From Camelus ferus (taxonomy: Eukaryota): a stretch of DNA of 64,000 bases. The number at the start of each line of letters is the position of its first letter. The stretch's first letter is position 1. Under the pieces are notes generated by a model. It searched no databases, was not told where the DNA came from, and saw only the letters and a program-made list of their open reading frames with translations. Below, piece after piece: positions 1 to 12,950 of this stretch. Location: the NCBI RefSeq assembly GCF_009834535.1, contig NC_045696.1, positions 12,402,001 through 12,466,000 of the forward strand. The letters are read 5' to 3'. A program made the position numbers and the translations under genes.

Positions 1-378
1 CTAGGGCCGCCATAGCAAATACCGCAGACTGGGTGGCTTACACAATAGAAATTTATTGTCTCACAGCTCTGGAGGCTAGAAATCCAAGATCAAGGTGTTG
101 AAAGGGTCGGTTTCTTCTGAGGCCTCTCTCCTTGGCTTGCAGATGACTGTCTTCTCCCTGTGTCCTCACGTGGTCTCCCTTCAGGGTGTGTCTGGGTCCA
201 AATTTCCTCTGCTTATAAGGAAACCAGTCATATTGGATTAGGGCCCACCCTAATGACCTCATTTAAACTTAATTACTTTCTTAAAGACCTTACTTCCAAA
301 TATAGTTACATTCTGAGGTACCAGAGTTTAGGATTTCACCATATGAATTTTGGGAGGGACAAAACTCAGCCCCTAACG
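1..378 (-). mobile_element. MaLR solo LTR, MLT1B-like (truncated by window start)
   Basis: Reverse complement follows the recalled MLT1B consensus (GGGCCCTAATCCAATATGACTGG...CACCTTGATCTTGGATTTCTAGCCTCCAGA...CCCTAG). Confidence 0.85.
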
Positions 379-640
379 GTGACCAAAAGCACAGGTTCTA
401 GAATCAAACAGAAGTGGACTTGAATCCTGTACCTACCACTTTCTAACTGGATGACCAACTTTCCCAAACTCTCCAAGCCCCAGGTTTCCCATCTCTAAAA
501 TTGGAGACCACGTATCTCCTCAGCAGGTTGCCTTGCAATTGCTTTTAGGAGCAAATGAAATAATACACATGAAATACTGTTACAGTGTCTGACACATGTT
601 ATGAAACTCATAAATAACAATTACTGTTGCTGTTATTATT
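379..640 (+). mobile_element. MIR SINE
   Basis: Degenerate MIR core (TTGAATCCTG...GTTTCCCATCTCTAAAATTGG...AAATGAAATAATACACATGAAA) and TTA-rich tail. Confidence 0.7.
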
Positions 641-3253
641 TTATTATTAAAATATTTTAACAAGCTATGTTCCAAGTCAGTTACTTCATATAGCATACAA
701 TCGATTTATATAGTATAATATAAAAACCCCTTTTAGTATCAGTGAAAACAACATATACCTTAATTTGGAGGCCAGGAGCAACCCCTAGATAAATTCATGC
801 CTTTTTTGTAGCAACTTGTTCTTTTTAATTAAAAAAAAAAATTTCTTAGTCTTTCCCTGCAAAGGTCTTCTGATCGAGGTATATACGTTATTATGCAACT
901 GAAGAAGCTGGGCCACTTGGAAGTTTAGTGATTTGACTGCCAACGTGGAGTTAGTGGAAGATAAACTCCCACTAGAATCCAGTCTTCTCCTCCAAGCTTG
1001 GCTCACGGATCTCAACTGAACTGACCTTACTCCTTTCTTTGCTTTGATGATCATATACAGTTTGATTGGAAAGTTACACTATAATTTCACAGTGATTGCA
1101 TGCCCCTGAAGATCATTTTGTAAGTAAATGTTTTGAAACCAAAGATAATCATTGTAATACAATCATAACCCTTTTTCTTGTGCCATAATCTCCGCTAAGA
1201 ATTTAACCAAGTTAAAGTTACACTGCAGAGTCTCAGTAGCCGGCTCTGGGCTCCGTTCTACAATTCTGGGACTCCAATTCCGTCAGGCTGTCTGGAGATG
1301 AATGACTGTTTTCTGGCCTCTGGGATAACCTCTATCCCCTCCACTGAAGCACAAATACAAAGAAAGCTGCCACAGAGCTCTCAATACGAGCGCTCTCAAA
1401 CAGAACACGCTAGGATGAATCAGAACAAGAGCCTTGCGTAATATTTCGTTCAAAAGTGGAACATCCTGTCCAGAAGCTCTGAAATGTGCTCTTGATATCT
1501 GGGCATACCAAAGATCCTCTTCTCTTTTTAGAAACTTCCTAATTGCTTGGCCACATTGTCTCCAGGAATGTTTCCAGGTTTGAGAATACTCTAGTTTGGT
1601 AGCTCAGAGCTTCCTCTACTTAATAACTCTAGAGGGTAGCTCATAAGTGTGGCTTCCTTGGTTCTCTATTGAAAATTAAAGCAATGAACTGCAGAACTGG
1701 ATAATAGAGACCCTTCTTCTAGGTAGTCTACCTTTCCTGCATTTTCACCTCTACCTGAAATTTTTATAAAGTGTGCTAAAAATTTAGATTACACCCATTT
1801 ATAGACCTACAGAGTGAAGACGAGACTCTTCATCTGTGAGATTACCCTGCTGGCTCGTAAGTCCCAGAGTCAAGAGCAGGAGAAGCATCTTGACAGTCAC
1901 ATCCGCCTTTGGCATTTGACAATAAATTGTATTTATCAGCTACCACTTTTCTGGGCTCACAAGATAAAACCTGACCGTTTTTAAGATAATACAAAAAGGG
2001 CTTCCTAGTTTAAATTTCTTCAATCTCTGTCACTTACTTCTCAGAACCCTGTCTTGCTCTTCTGTGGTCATGTGGTAAAACTCATCTGGAACACATAATA
2101 TTTATATTGACTTGCCTTTTTATTCCATTTTCACTTTTTGGTGTAAAAGCAAAGCCTTTCTGGGCTTAATAATGTTTTTCACTCTTTTCATGGCAATGGT
2201 TTTTAGAAACAAAAATGATAGCAGTTTCCATATTCACATTTCCCAACAAACTTGTCATCGAAAGTTCTCAAAGAGCTTCCATTAATCACTTTTAGTCATT
2301 TCTTCCATGCAAATGAAGAGGGCTTGAAATGATCTGAGCTGTGTGCTCCCTGTGGATTCAATGGCAAAATCTAAAATAATACTGCTTTTTTTTTTTCAAA
2401 GAATTGAAGATGTCCTTCCTATGGAGAAGGAGACTGCACCTCCTGTTTGAAGCAAGGGGAAAAAAATCTTCTTTAGAACAGACTTAGGAAAAGATATAAT
2501 TTAACAGTTTATATTGTGTTTATTTGAATCAGGTGGATATTGTCTTAAACACTGAACTATGGAAATCAAGAGATAATAAACAGTGGAGAGAATCAAAATT
2601 AAAACTTAAATCCTTGCATGTGTGTAGACGTGTGTCTCTGTGTGTGTTTTCTTCAAATGGGCAAACCAGCTTGTGTTTTCTTTCATCGGAAACCTGCTTT
2701 GGCACGGGTTTGCCCTTGTAGAACTCCGGATAAACTATTTAGGTGGGTTTTCTGGATTGGTTGCTGGAAATGCGATCCCAATCTGCCCCCTGATTTCCTG
2801 TGTAATCTGGAGACCTTAATCTCTGTACCCTGTTTCCTCATCAGTAACTTTACTCAAATGTGGTTGGGAGGGGCATTGGAGCAGTGGAGGAGTCATATGG
2901 AGGTCAAAAGGGCACAGGCAGAAATACAAGGAATAATTTTTTTTAAGAGGAGTAATGTAGATTGTCTGAATATCTCATCAGGTCTGAACAGGCCACACAT
3001 TTTTGCTGGGAGAATTCACTATTAAAAGCAAGAAAGAGAAAAGGTTTTGTAGGTACATCTATTTATATATCCCAAAATTATTATAATTCTTTAAACTTAG
3101 GCTCCGGGTGAGCTATAGAATGAAGGAGGTGCTGTAGATTTCTGCATGTCCATGACTCTCTCTTCCCAACTAAAGCCACTAAACCAATAGATTTTAAGCA
3201 GAGGAGCAAGAGTGAGAATGTTATTTAACAGCTTTCTTAATGTGACTATGAAA

Positions 3254-3412
3254 CAGTGGGTTTCAACCTTGACTGGGCATCAGAATCTCATCTAAATCTT
3301 TTAAAAAATGTCATTGTTTGGCTCCACACTTACACTCTTGAATCAGAATTTCTGAAGTACTCATAAATCTCCACTGGTAATTCTGATAAGCAGCCAACAT
3401 CGGGAAATATTT
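3254..3412. mobile_element. MER5-family hAT-Charlie MITE
   Basis: Starts CAGTGGGTTTCAACCTTG; internal ATCAGAATC and GGTAATTCTGAT motifs typical of MER5A/B. Confidence 0.55.
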
Positions 3413-3630
3413 AGGCCTGAAGGATTCTGATTCTTTTGGAACTTATAATCATTGATTGCTCTTTTTCCTTGCTCATGTTTAAAACATTAAGTAGCCATAG
3501 TCGGAATCAAGCACTTGAGTTTGTGCTGAATATTTACAATAGGTACTTTTCTGCCTTACATTGTCCCCAAAAAAGTTATTTGCATTTCAATTCCCTACCA
3601 CCCCACCTTGAAAAATATCTTCCCCTGAGT

Positions 3631-3823
3631 CAAGGTTTCTCACCCTTGGCACTATTGACATTTTAAGTTGAATAATTCTGTGTTGTGAGGGACAGCCCTG
3701 TGCACGTTAGGCTGTGCAGCATCATCCCTGATCTCTACCTACTACCTTCTCCCCCAATTTTGACAACCGAGAATGTCTCCAATCATTGCCAAGCATCCCC
3801 TAGAGGGCAGTTGAGAACCACTG
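3631..3823 (+). mobile_element. MER20 hAT-Charlie MITE
   Basis: CAAGGTTTCTCACCCTTGGCACTATTGACATT...GTTGAGAACCACTG; termini are degenerate inverted repeats as in MER20. Confidence 0.8.
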
Positions 3824-4649
3824 CTTTGTTTGAAAGGAAGAAACATACAACAATAGAATTACATGCAACATTTCTCACCCACCCATCAAGCTTTCCTTGA
3901 CTTGGATCTCCCAGCTCACTGAGGGGACCTGATGAACTGCTCTAGCATCAGTGGGAGAAAGTTTGCCCGGCCACCTTGCTGTACTGTCTAATTATCACCT
4001 CTACTCTTCCTATCCCTGCTGTCTCTACCAGGGACAGGTAATTATTAATACTAATCCATTCCACCATCTATAGGGCAGTAATAGAGCTGCTGCAAAGCCC
4101 ATTTTCCTCTCCTGTAAAGTCACGCCCCCAAGTGAAGCCCATCTCAGAGAAATTACTGCTAGGAGCTCCAGGCATCAGGCTTCCCTGGAACCTTGGCACA
4201 GTAATCTGAAGGACTAGAAAAAGAGTAAGTTGTCTTCCCTCTGAGGCATAATCATATTTTTATGCTTAATCATTTGTCATTGTATTTTTTAATTTCTTTT
4301 ACCATATTCTTCCCCAAGTCACTGAAGTAACAGTGAGGGTTTTATAATCCTGGAAACATAGACTCTAAAACAAAGTTACCTGAAGCACTGGACAGATTTT
4401 GTAAATCTACAGCAGAAGCAAATGCCGCGAAAGCCAAGATGATATATATATGTCCACTTCAGGGACTCTAATTACTTCCAAAGGATAATAAGGAAAATGG
4501 GAAAGAGAGAATCTTGTTTTGACAAAATTTAAGTACTAAATTGAAACATAAAGGCAGAGTGGTTATGTTAACTTAAATTGGAAAGGGAATTGTTCTTAAT
4601 AACAACAAGGAAGATGTTACAGTTGGGCTTGGGTAGAGAAGTTATTTTA

Positions 4650-4869
4650 TCTTTTTAAAAATTTTTTTATTGAACGATAGTCAATTTACGATGTTCTGTT
4701 AATTTCCAGTGTATAGCATAGTGGTTCATTTATTAACATATATATATATATATTTATATGTATTTATATTATATGTATATAAATATACATATATATTTCT
4801 TTTCATATTATTTTTCATTTAAAGGCCATTACAAGGTATCGAATACAGTTCCCTGTGCTACACAGTATG
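4650..4869 (-). mobile_element. 5'-truncated L1 3' end
   Basis: L1 3'UTR tail in antisense with a perfect 15-bp TSD AGAGAAGTTATTTTA (4635-4649 and 4870-4884). Confidence 0.9.
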
Positions 4870-5212
4870 AGAGAAGTTATTTTAAAAATTACATTTTTGC
4901 AAGTGAGAATGTGTAGCTGTCTAATGACAACCCCTACACACCATTTTCACTATGGACAAAAGCCTCTGAACTCCCAGATGATCTTTGCACTTCTGCTTGA
5001 GCCAACCATATTTCCATTTCCCCTTCCTTGGATAAACAAACTTGATTCTATGACAATCGTTTTGGTTTTTTAGATTTTTGGTAATACCATGTAAAACTTG
5101 AGAATTCACAAAGTGCTTTCTTATCCATTACCTCAGTAATTATCTTTATTTCACAAATAAGAATCAGGCAAAGAAAGATAAAGAAACTCGCTGAAAGCTA
5201 ATAAGTGAGGCG

Positions 5213-5349
5213 AGGGAGAGTGTAGCTCAGTGGTCAGAGTAAATGCTTAGCATGCATGAGGTCCTGGCTTCAGTCCCCAGTACCTCCATTAAAAAGTAAC
5301 TTAATAAGTAAACCAAATTACCTCCCCCCCCAAAAAAAAAAAAAAAAAA
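5213..5349 (+). mobile_element. tRNA-Ala-derived camelid SINE (vic-1 type), inserted in an antisense MIR remnant
   Basis: A-box TAGCTCAGTGG (5223-5233), tRNA-Ala(AGC)-like CTTAGCATGCATGAGG, degenerate B-box GGCTTCAGTCC (5266-5276), AT-rich tail and poly(A). Confidence 0.85.
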
Positions 5350-6309
5350 CACCAAAAGCAGGGTTAAGAAATGACAATTCTCAGACTGCCATGTCGATCT
5401 GCTGATTCTGAACATAGTGTACTGTGCAATGTAGCCTGGTAGCTAAATATTCCAAAGTGTTTTCAGTTGACAAGAAATAGTTTTATGGATGTCTTAGATT
5501 ATAAGATAAACAAAGCAGAGGGCCATCTTTCTCTCAAAGCAGAGTAACGTTTGTTAACCTACACTGTTTGGTACATAACAGAACAGTTTTGCAAAGGGCA
5601 AGGATGGAAATGAAATCTTTGCTATGTTATGAGGGCATGGTGGCTGGCTTCTCAACAATCTATTTTATTTTATGTAGGCACCACTTTCCCCTGTCAGACC
5701 CCTGGTTTGACCTCCTTTGCAATCTGTGGCTTTTTGCTACTGTGCATCTCTGGGATAAGCCTCATCATGTACAGAAAGCCTGTATTCTGGAATGAGAACT
5801 AGTTTGTCTTATAGTCCAAGTACTGACGATTCAAGTTTCCCTCACCTCTTCCTCTAAAGGTCAGTACATAATAGAATTGTTGTTGCTCATGCTCAAATGC
5901 AGTGTATTCAATTTTATATTCCATTCTCGTGAATATGGTGAATACATATCATTCCTCTTCCTGTCTCCACCCTTCCTAAGACCCTATAAAAAGGGAGGGG
6001 ACAGGCGGGGTTTTCCCTTTTTTTAATCAGGTTTCCTGGAGTTTTCTATTGTTTCAACTAGGAATAGTCTACTAATAAGCAATTAATATTCTGAAATTAT
6101 CATCTTTTCACAGAAATTTCCAAATCCTTTCTGATAAATAAAAAATCATTTTCCAAATGTGTTCAGGGGAAGCAGGAACATCCCTAACTACTGGTCCCCT
6201 AGTATAGGAACATTTAGTCATCCTAGCTTGTAATCCTGATACAAAAATGTTCACCCAGTATAAATATTAGCTTAATATTAGCTATAAGTAGGAAAACTCT
6301 GGGACAAAA

Positions 6310-6751
6310 TGTTACTGAGTCCAAACTCGCTCTGCTTGCTGCACGACAGGCCAATAACCCGGGAGATGAGGAGTTAGGGCAAGGAATAGCGACTATTCGG
6401 AAAGGCAGCAGACCGAGAGGACGGCAGACTAATGTCTCGGAGAACCATCCTACTCAAGTCAGAATACAGGCTCCTTTTATACAAAAAAAAAAAAAAAAAA
6501 AAAAGTTGGGGGAGGTTGGTTGTTGCAAACTTCTTTGCATAGGAATTCTTTGTTCCTACATCTGTCCACGTGGGCCAGGTCATGGTGCTCCTGCAGGACC
6601 TCCAACAAAACAAATGTTATTCTCTATTCTGCAACTTGTTATCTTTATATGAGTGCAGAGCTAGCAACACTAAGCCTAGAACACAGGGCGCAGTGGTTAA
6701 AGCTAAAGGAACAGATCTAATATAGAGTCAGATTGGTTCTCCTCTATTATA
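6310..6751 (-). mobile_element. Young ERV1-class solo LTR
   Basis: TG start, TATTATA end (decayed ...ACA), 4-bp TSD AAAA (6306-6309 and 6752-6755), TATAAAAG on the minus strand near 6473-6480, several retained CpGs. Confidence 0.75.
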
Positions 6752-7099
6752 AAAATGCTATTAGTGATGCATTTTATTAACTCGATATTATTCTCATTCC
6801 TTCATTGCTGCCCATTTATGGAAACTTAAGGATAGGTAAATTGTGCTAGATGCAACTATAGAAAAACAAATTCTCTAAATCAAATTCTCAGTAAATTGGG
6901 TAGAAGGATGAGAGAAGAGAGAGAGAGGAGATGTGGGAGAAAGAAAGCCCGTTAACTGTCATCCATACAGAAGTGACATATTACAATTATAGATCTGGTT
7001 TCTCTTCAGCTCTGGAGGCTTGGCAAAAAGACCTAAATCTACAGAGTATTTTTCCAATGAATATGTAAATATAGTCTGAATTATCACTTCTATAAAAGC

Positions 7100-7285
7100 C
7101 CTTTTTATTCTTTTTTTTTTTAATTGATGTACAGTCAGTTACAATGTGTCAGTTGCTGGTGTACAGCACAATGTCCCAGCCATGCGTATACAAAAAAAAA
7201 AAATCTTTGGTATAGCACAGGGAACTATGTTCAATATCTTGTAATAACCTTTAATGAAAAAGAATATGAAAATGATATATGTATG
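7100..7285 (-). mobile_element. Short L1 3' end with 5' inversion
   Basis: Antisense tail 7110-7191 followed by the immediately upstream L1 segment in plus orientation (~7192-7288); TSD core TATAAAAGC (7091-7099 and 7286-7294). Confidence 0.8.
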
Positions 7286-9157
7286 TATAAAAGCTTTTGA
7301 GATTGCATGAGACTGTATTTTTGGCTGTTTAAGGTGATCTCATCCTATTCCACGACTATCTCCAGTAGACTTCTTTCCTTTGCCTGCCTCATGTCCAAAT
7401 GTCTCCCTGACATCTTTGCTCAAATGGTTCACAAGTATTTGAACCTCATATATCCCAACTGGAGCAGTTCCTCAGTAACCTAAGTAAAATGGAACAAGCA
7501 TCTGAAATTCCTAAAAGTGACATAGTTTAAGCCTATTAAAAAAATATGTTTAACAGGTGAATACAAAAATAGAATATTCCACTCCAAAAAGCTAAATTAA
7601 CTACATGAGAATGGGGACATTAAGACCTTAGTTAATAACACTCCAGTGTTTGCTTTCTTGATTCTCCTAAAGGTATGGGTAATTATTAAGTAAAAAAAAA
7701 AAATTAGTGGCAGCAAGTACCTTTATTATCATCATAATGTGTTCCTATTACACCATTTTCCTCTAAAACTCCTATGTGTCTTCCTTTTCCTTCCTTTCCT
7801 TAGCTGCTGACCTTTTATCCTTAATTTGCTTACTTTATTATTTTTTAGGATCTTTAAGGCTCAGTTAATTTAAAAGATATGGTCAACTGTCTAAACAGAC
7901 TTCTTTATTATCAAAAATAAATATGGATTACCAGGCATTTAAAAATCAAAATAATCAAAATATCAGAAAATAGACATTATTGCAAGTGGACTTATTTTGC
8001 CACTTGGTTTATGGTTACTATTTCTAATCTAACAGCTCATAGTGATCATCTTTACTTTAAGCAATTCCATAATGCTGTCAAAGGCTTGGTTTTTTACATT
8101 TGACCTGTCCATAATAGTAACTACATGACAAATAATTTAGCATTATTAATGGTTAAATCCCAAGCTAAAGCACTCAATTAGAATGAGACCTTTGAGTCTT
8201 GAATCAATGTTTTTTATACATTCTATCTTTAAAGCATATAAATTATGTACTCTGTGGTGTGTCCAGGAGGGTGAACGTGATGAAATGTATAAAACCTTAC
8301 GAGCAAGAAGGAGGCCTATTAGTCAAACTGTGCTTTTAATCTGTAAAGGCATTACATCATGAGTCATTTAGAGGAAAGGGCAGAGTTTCCTCTTGAATTC
8401 ATTACAGCATGAAAAGTAACATTTAGAAGGTAAAGGGTACAAAATGAAATTGTACCTCTCAGGTAAAAGTATTTTTCCCATGAGAAAGTACACCTTCTAT
8501 TTAAAAAGAGACCAACAGTATTCTTTCTCTATTTCATCATGTATAAATGACTGGAAACTTATGAGCTCATTAGTAAAACCTCTAGGACTCCTGATTCAAA
8601 AAGAGGCAGTGCAAATCAAGGCTATATAAAAAATAGCAAAGAGAGATTGTTTTATTTAAGGAAATGGTATATATAGATTTTTTAACTTGAGTCTAGAAAT
8701 TTTTCTAGCAGTATAAAAATCTAGTCAAAGCATAATTCTTTAAAAAAGCTTATTTCTTGAAGAGCACTGGATTAAAAAAAAAAAAAAAGATGGTTTCTCT
8801 CACATTCTTATGATTTACCAACTTAATAGGTGGGAACTTCCAAAATTCATATACTTGATTAAACATTAAAATACCTGAAAATTAAAATTTTAATGTAATT
8901 TTCTGTGCCCTAAAGTTACATATAATGTAAACTCTTTCTTTCTTGAAATTATTATTTTTTTAAATGTCAACAAAAAGGTCGTTACATAAAAAGCTAGTGG
9001 GTATCAGTTCTCTTCCCTTCCAACCAACATATTTGCCCCTCAGTTTCCTCATTGAAATTGTAGAGTTTTACAGATCCTTACTTATTTCTTATTTATTTCA
9101 CAAGGTTATTATGAGAATAATTTGAAGTGAGTTATATGAAATCCGAGCTATGTCAGG

Positions 9158-9560
9158 CTCATGTAATGAGTAGTTGAAAGAATCTGAGCATATTTAGCCT
9201 AGAGAAGAGACGATGTGGGTTGCATAGAATAAATGTCACCAAATATTTCAAGGATTGATCTATGGAAGCAGGATTAGAACTACTGAATATTACCTCCAAC
9301 ACACACACATAAACACACACCACACACACACACACACATACAAACAGGTATAAACAGAGAAATAGGTTTGGGCTCAATGGAAAGGAACTCATTTCTAGTA
9401 GAACTTTGGGACATACGAGTGTTCCACACTGTAGATGTTCAAACAGAAATTAGAAGACATAAGACATTATTTATTATAGGAGGTGAAAGTTCATGCACCA
9501 AATGGGCAATGGGGCTATGTGATCTCTATGTCCCTTCCAGAGTTAAGGACCTAGTATTTT
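9158..9560 (+). mobile_element. L3/CR1 LINE 3' fragment with internal AC-rich microsatellite
   Basis: TTTAGCCTAGAGAAGAGA...CAAATATTTCAAGG...GATTAGA...GGCTCAAT...GTCCCTTCCA resembles the L3 3' end. Confidence 0.7.
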
Positions 9561-9622
9561 CAAATGTGTAGAGCATAAACATGTAGAGTTAGTATTGTTC
9601 TTATATTGTTATTTTCAGTATT

Positions 9623-9813
9623 CTTTCTTTTTATTGAGGTATAGTTGATTTACAATGTTGTGCTAGTGTCTGGTATACAACATTGTGATTCAGACATATA
9701 TATATATGTATGTAGATATTCCTTTTCACTTTCTTTTTCATTATAGGCTATTATAAGATATTGAATGTAGTTTCTGTATAGTAGGACCTTGTTGTTTATC
9801 TATTTTATATGTA
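9623..9813 (-). mobile_element. 5'-truncated L1 3' end
   Basis: Antisense L1 tail; 12-bp TSD ATTTTCAGTATT (9611-9622 and 9814-9825). Confidence 0.85.
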
Positions 9814-12089
9814 ATTTTCAGTATTTTTGCATTAGTGCCAAAACTACCTGAAACATGGGCCTCACAAAGTTATGAGGTTCTTTCACGAGGGCAGTGTTCC
9901 CACACCTTCATCATCTCCATGTGGAGGAGAGATTAAGCAAGCAGGAGTCCTAGAAGAGCCAGGAAGAGCAAACCACCAAGGACAGAGGGTCATATGCAAC
10001 AGGCTGAAGGAGGGGACAGGGATGAGAGGCCCAGGAGAAGGGGAGGACTTACCTAACGGCATTCTTTTGCCCTGGGACTAGCCCTGTGCCTGAAAAAAAG
10101 TGAAGAAATAAATATGTCACCTGTATGTCTTGGGTTTAACCAAATTGATAGGATCCATGATGTTGAAATCTTTGTATTTAGCTGTGAATAAATAAAACTT
10201 GTGTCCAAAACAAAAAAATTTTCTAATTAATTATCCAAGTAATGTATTATAATCATTAAGAAGAAAATTAGTAATACCCTAGTTAAATAGATTACATATA
10301 GTCTAGATAATTCAGGCCCTAACACTTTCTTTTCCTCACTATCAGTGTTCCTTGCTGTTGTTTTTCCATGAATTAGCCAGATAATTTCCTCCAAGCTCCA
10401 TATCTTTGTCCTTCTGGAAACACCCTGGGTGAGCTGTGAACACAATGCTAACAGTCAGGCAGTGTTCTGAATAACTTTGGCAACATCTAGCCTTTTGCCT
10501 GGGAGGCCTGGAAATGAAATGCCTCTTAGCTCACTTTTAGTATCAAACTCAAAATATACTCAATATTAAATCAAAAAGACACAAAAGTTTATTTAATAAC
10601 CATGTTGGGGTGTCTTGTGCAAGGAGTTGGAGCTATAAAGATAAACATCACCAACAATGAGATCCTGGGGTCCAATAGACCCATTTTCAATTTCTCTGAA
10701 TCCCACCTCAAAGTATACATGTACATATATTCAGTAGCCTCGGGTGAATCCTTCATAGTGTATTTGTGTACCTTATTACAGAGAAATTTTTCAAATAAAA
10801 TAAACATTAGTCCTAAAAACCCTTTAAATAGAGTATCATATTGACTGATAAATTTGAATCTAGATCAAATTATAATTCTATAAAGTTTTTTATATGCAAA
10901 GGCATTTTTGTATGTTCTCATATGTAACACACTGAATGAAACTGATTTCAAGTATTATTTCTTAAATTAACTTTTAATTATAAATAGTTGAAAAATCAAT
11001 TTTAGGTAAATATGGCAATGTAGTTAAGCTGTAGCTTGCCTAAAAACCTCAGAGTCATTAGGGTTCAAATATCTCACCAGAAATGGGAACTCAGTGAAAT
11101 CCAAAGTTCTTGAAATGTTCAAGAAAAGCCACCCTATTATAAAAACAGCAATACTTCATTCTGCAATCTTTTTTTTTCTTTTTAGCCACTAGAGCCCACT
11201 AAAATAATTATCCATGTTACAAATCATTTCAACAGAATCAAAACTCAGAAAATCAAACATATTTAACTGGCTAGAAATCATAAACTAAACAGGCAGTTCA
11301 AACTAAAATTTTGAGCTTATGATAACAGTTATTTGCGCTTTATTCAAATCTGAAAATATTAATTTGTAGCAACTAAATGGAGTCCAGATGAAGGCAGAGA
11401 TGTAAAAATTCACCTCTTTCCTGGTGGCTCAAAATGATAATGGAAATACAGAATGTTTGAACTTGGCTGACACACGACCGCAGGCAAGAATGCCTTGGAT
11501 AGAACTCATTGCCCTTGTTTCATCCTCTTCCTCTCTCCTTCATCAATCTTGATTCTCTTAAGATGGAAAAGGAGGACAGTGAGGGGGGAGTGGGGATGAG
11601 TAGTCAGAATTGCTGGGAAAGAAAAACACATGGGCACTCTCTTCTAAGAACTGGGTCTTTTCGATTTGTAATTCCCCAGGGTCCAATGTAGTCCTTGGAA
11701 CAAAATAGACATACAATAAATACATGTAATGGAATGAAAGTGTTCTTCCAGTCCTCAGGGTACATTTCTTCTCCTTCGTTTTTCTCATTCTTCCTTCCCT
11801 TCCACTCCTTCTCACACCATTACCTGATTTAAGCATGCGTCTTTCAATATCATGACACACTTCCATGACAGTTTTGCTAGACGAATTCACGTTCCCAGAT
11901 AAAAGTGGAAGGCCATAGAAATAGCAACATCTGGAGATAAAATGAACTAAAGAGGTGTTCTTTCAGTTCAGAGCCAGGCAGGAAAGTTCTTGCTCTATTC
12001 ATCATGGTCTGCCCATTATAGTTAATTTCTTGGTTTGGTTTTTCTAGGAGATAAAATCCAGAATCCCTTTGCTGACTTAAAACACTGAA

Positions 12090-12275
12090 TTTGCTGGTAC
12101 CCTGACCAACTGAATCAGAATCACCTGGCATCCTTATTAAATATACAGATCCCTGGGTCTCTCCCCAGACCTGTTCCATAGGAACCCTCCAGGTTGGGCA
12201 AAGACATGGGTGTTTGCCTTTTTCTTGAGCTCTCAAAGTGACTCCCAATGCACGACATGGTTTGAAAACCACCAT
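12090..12275. mobile_element. MER5A-like MITE
   Basis: ATCAGAATCACCTGG...CAGATCCCTGGG...CCCCAGACC...GGTTTGAAAACCAC. Confidence 0.65.
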
Positions 12276-12426
12276 ACTAGAACAGTGGACCCAACTTCTC
12301 ACTTCCTTGAACTTAGGTTTTTCTCCCCCTTTTTCTCAAGAAGACTTTTATTCATTCATTCATCAAAGGCCTAGTTCAGAATTCTAGATTCACAAAGAAA
12401 ATTAGCTTGAGTTTAAATATGTTAAG

Positions 12427-12672
12427 TGGGGGGAAAGGCGGTGGACAGATGTAAATTAGTTCAGGATTAGCAGATATACACTACTATATAAAAAATAGAT
12501 AAGCAACAATGTCCTATTGCATAGCATAGGGAACTATATCCAGTAACTTGTAACAGCCTATAATGAAAAAGAATATGAAAAGGAATATATATGTATAAAT
12601 GAATCACTATTCTATACACCAGAAATTAACACAACATTGTAAATCAACTGTATATACTTTAATTTTTTTAAT
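12427..12672 (+). mobile_element. 5'-truncated L1 3' end
   Basis: AAATAGATAAGCAACAA...ATAGCATAGGGAACTATATCC...ACAACATTGTAAATCAACTGTAT; same tail type as the other short L1s. Confidence 0.85.
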
Positions 12673-12950
12673 GTTAAATATCTTTAAACTCTCACAGAAA
12701 AGTACCTGATTGATCAAGAAAATAATATAGTTAGATTTTTTAAATGGTTTATTAATTGTTCCTTTAGAATACATTTCTAATTGCAAAAGCAATTTCTTGA
12801 ATGTTCATTTGATTCCATTATAAATATCAATGGCTCCATAAGAAAGGGTTATAAACATGGAACGTGAATAAAGAGTGGATGGTTTCTCTGAGTCAGTAAT
12901 GATACAGGTCCAGTTTGGAAGTATCATTTCCAGCACACCCATCAGCATGA

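Noticed and set aside
952..974. 9-bp hairpin TAGTGGAAG-ATAAA-CTCCCACTA
   Set aside because: Too short to exceed chance in 64 kb.
785..1054. 89-aa minus-strand ORF
   Set aside because: No recognisable homology or convincing splice context; it runs through a homopolymer tract.
5213..5288. tRNA-Ala gene
   Set aside because: Degenerate B-box and stems followed by a SINE tail and poly(A); a SINE head, as is 52479-52570.
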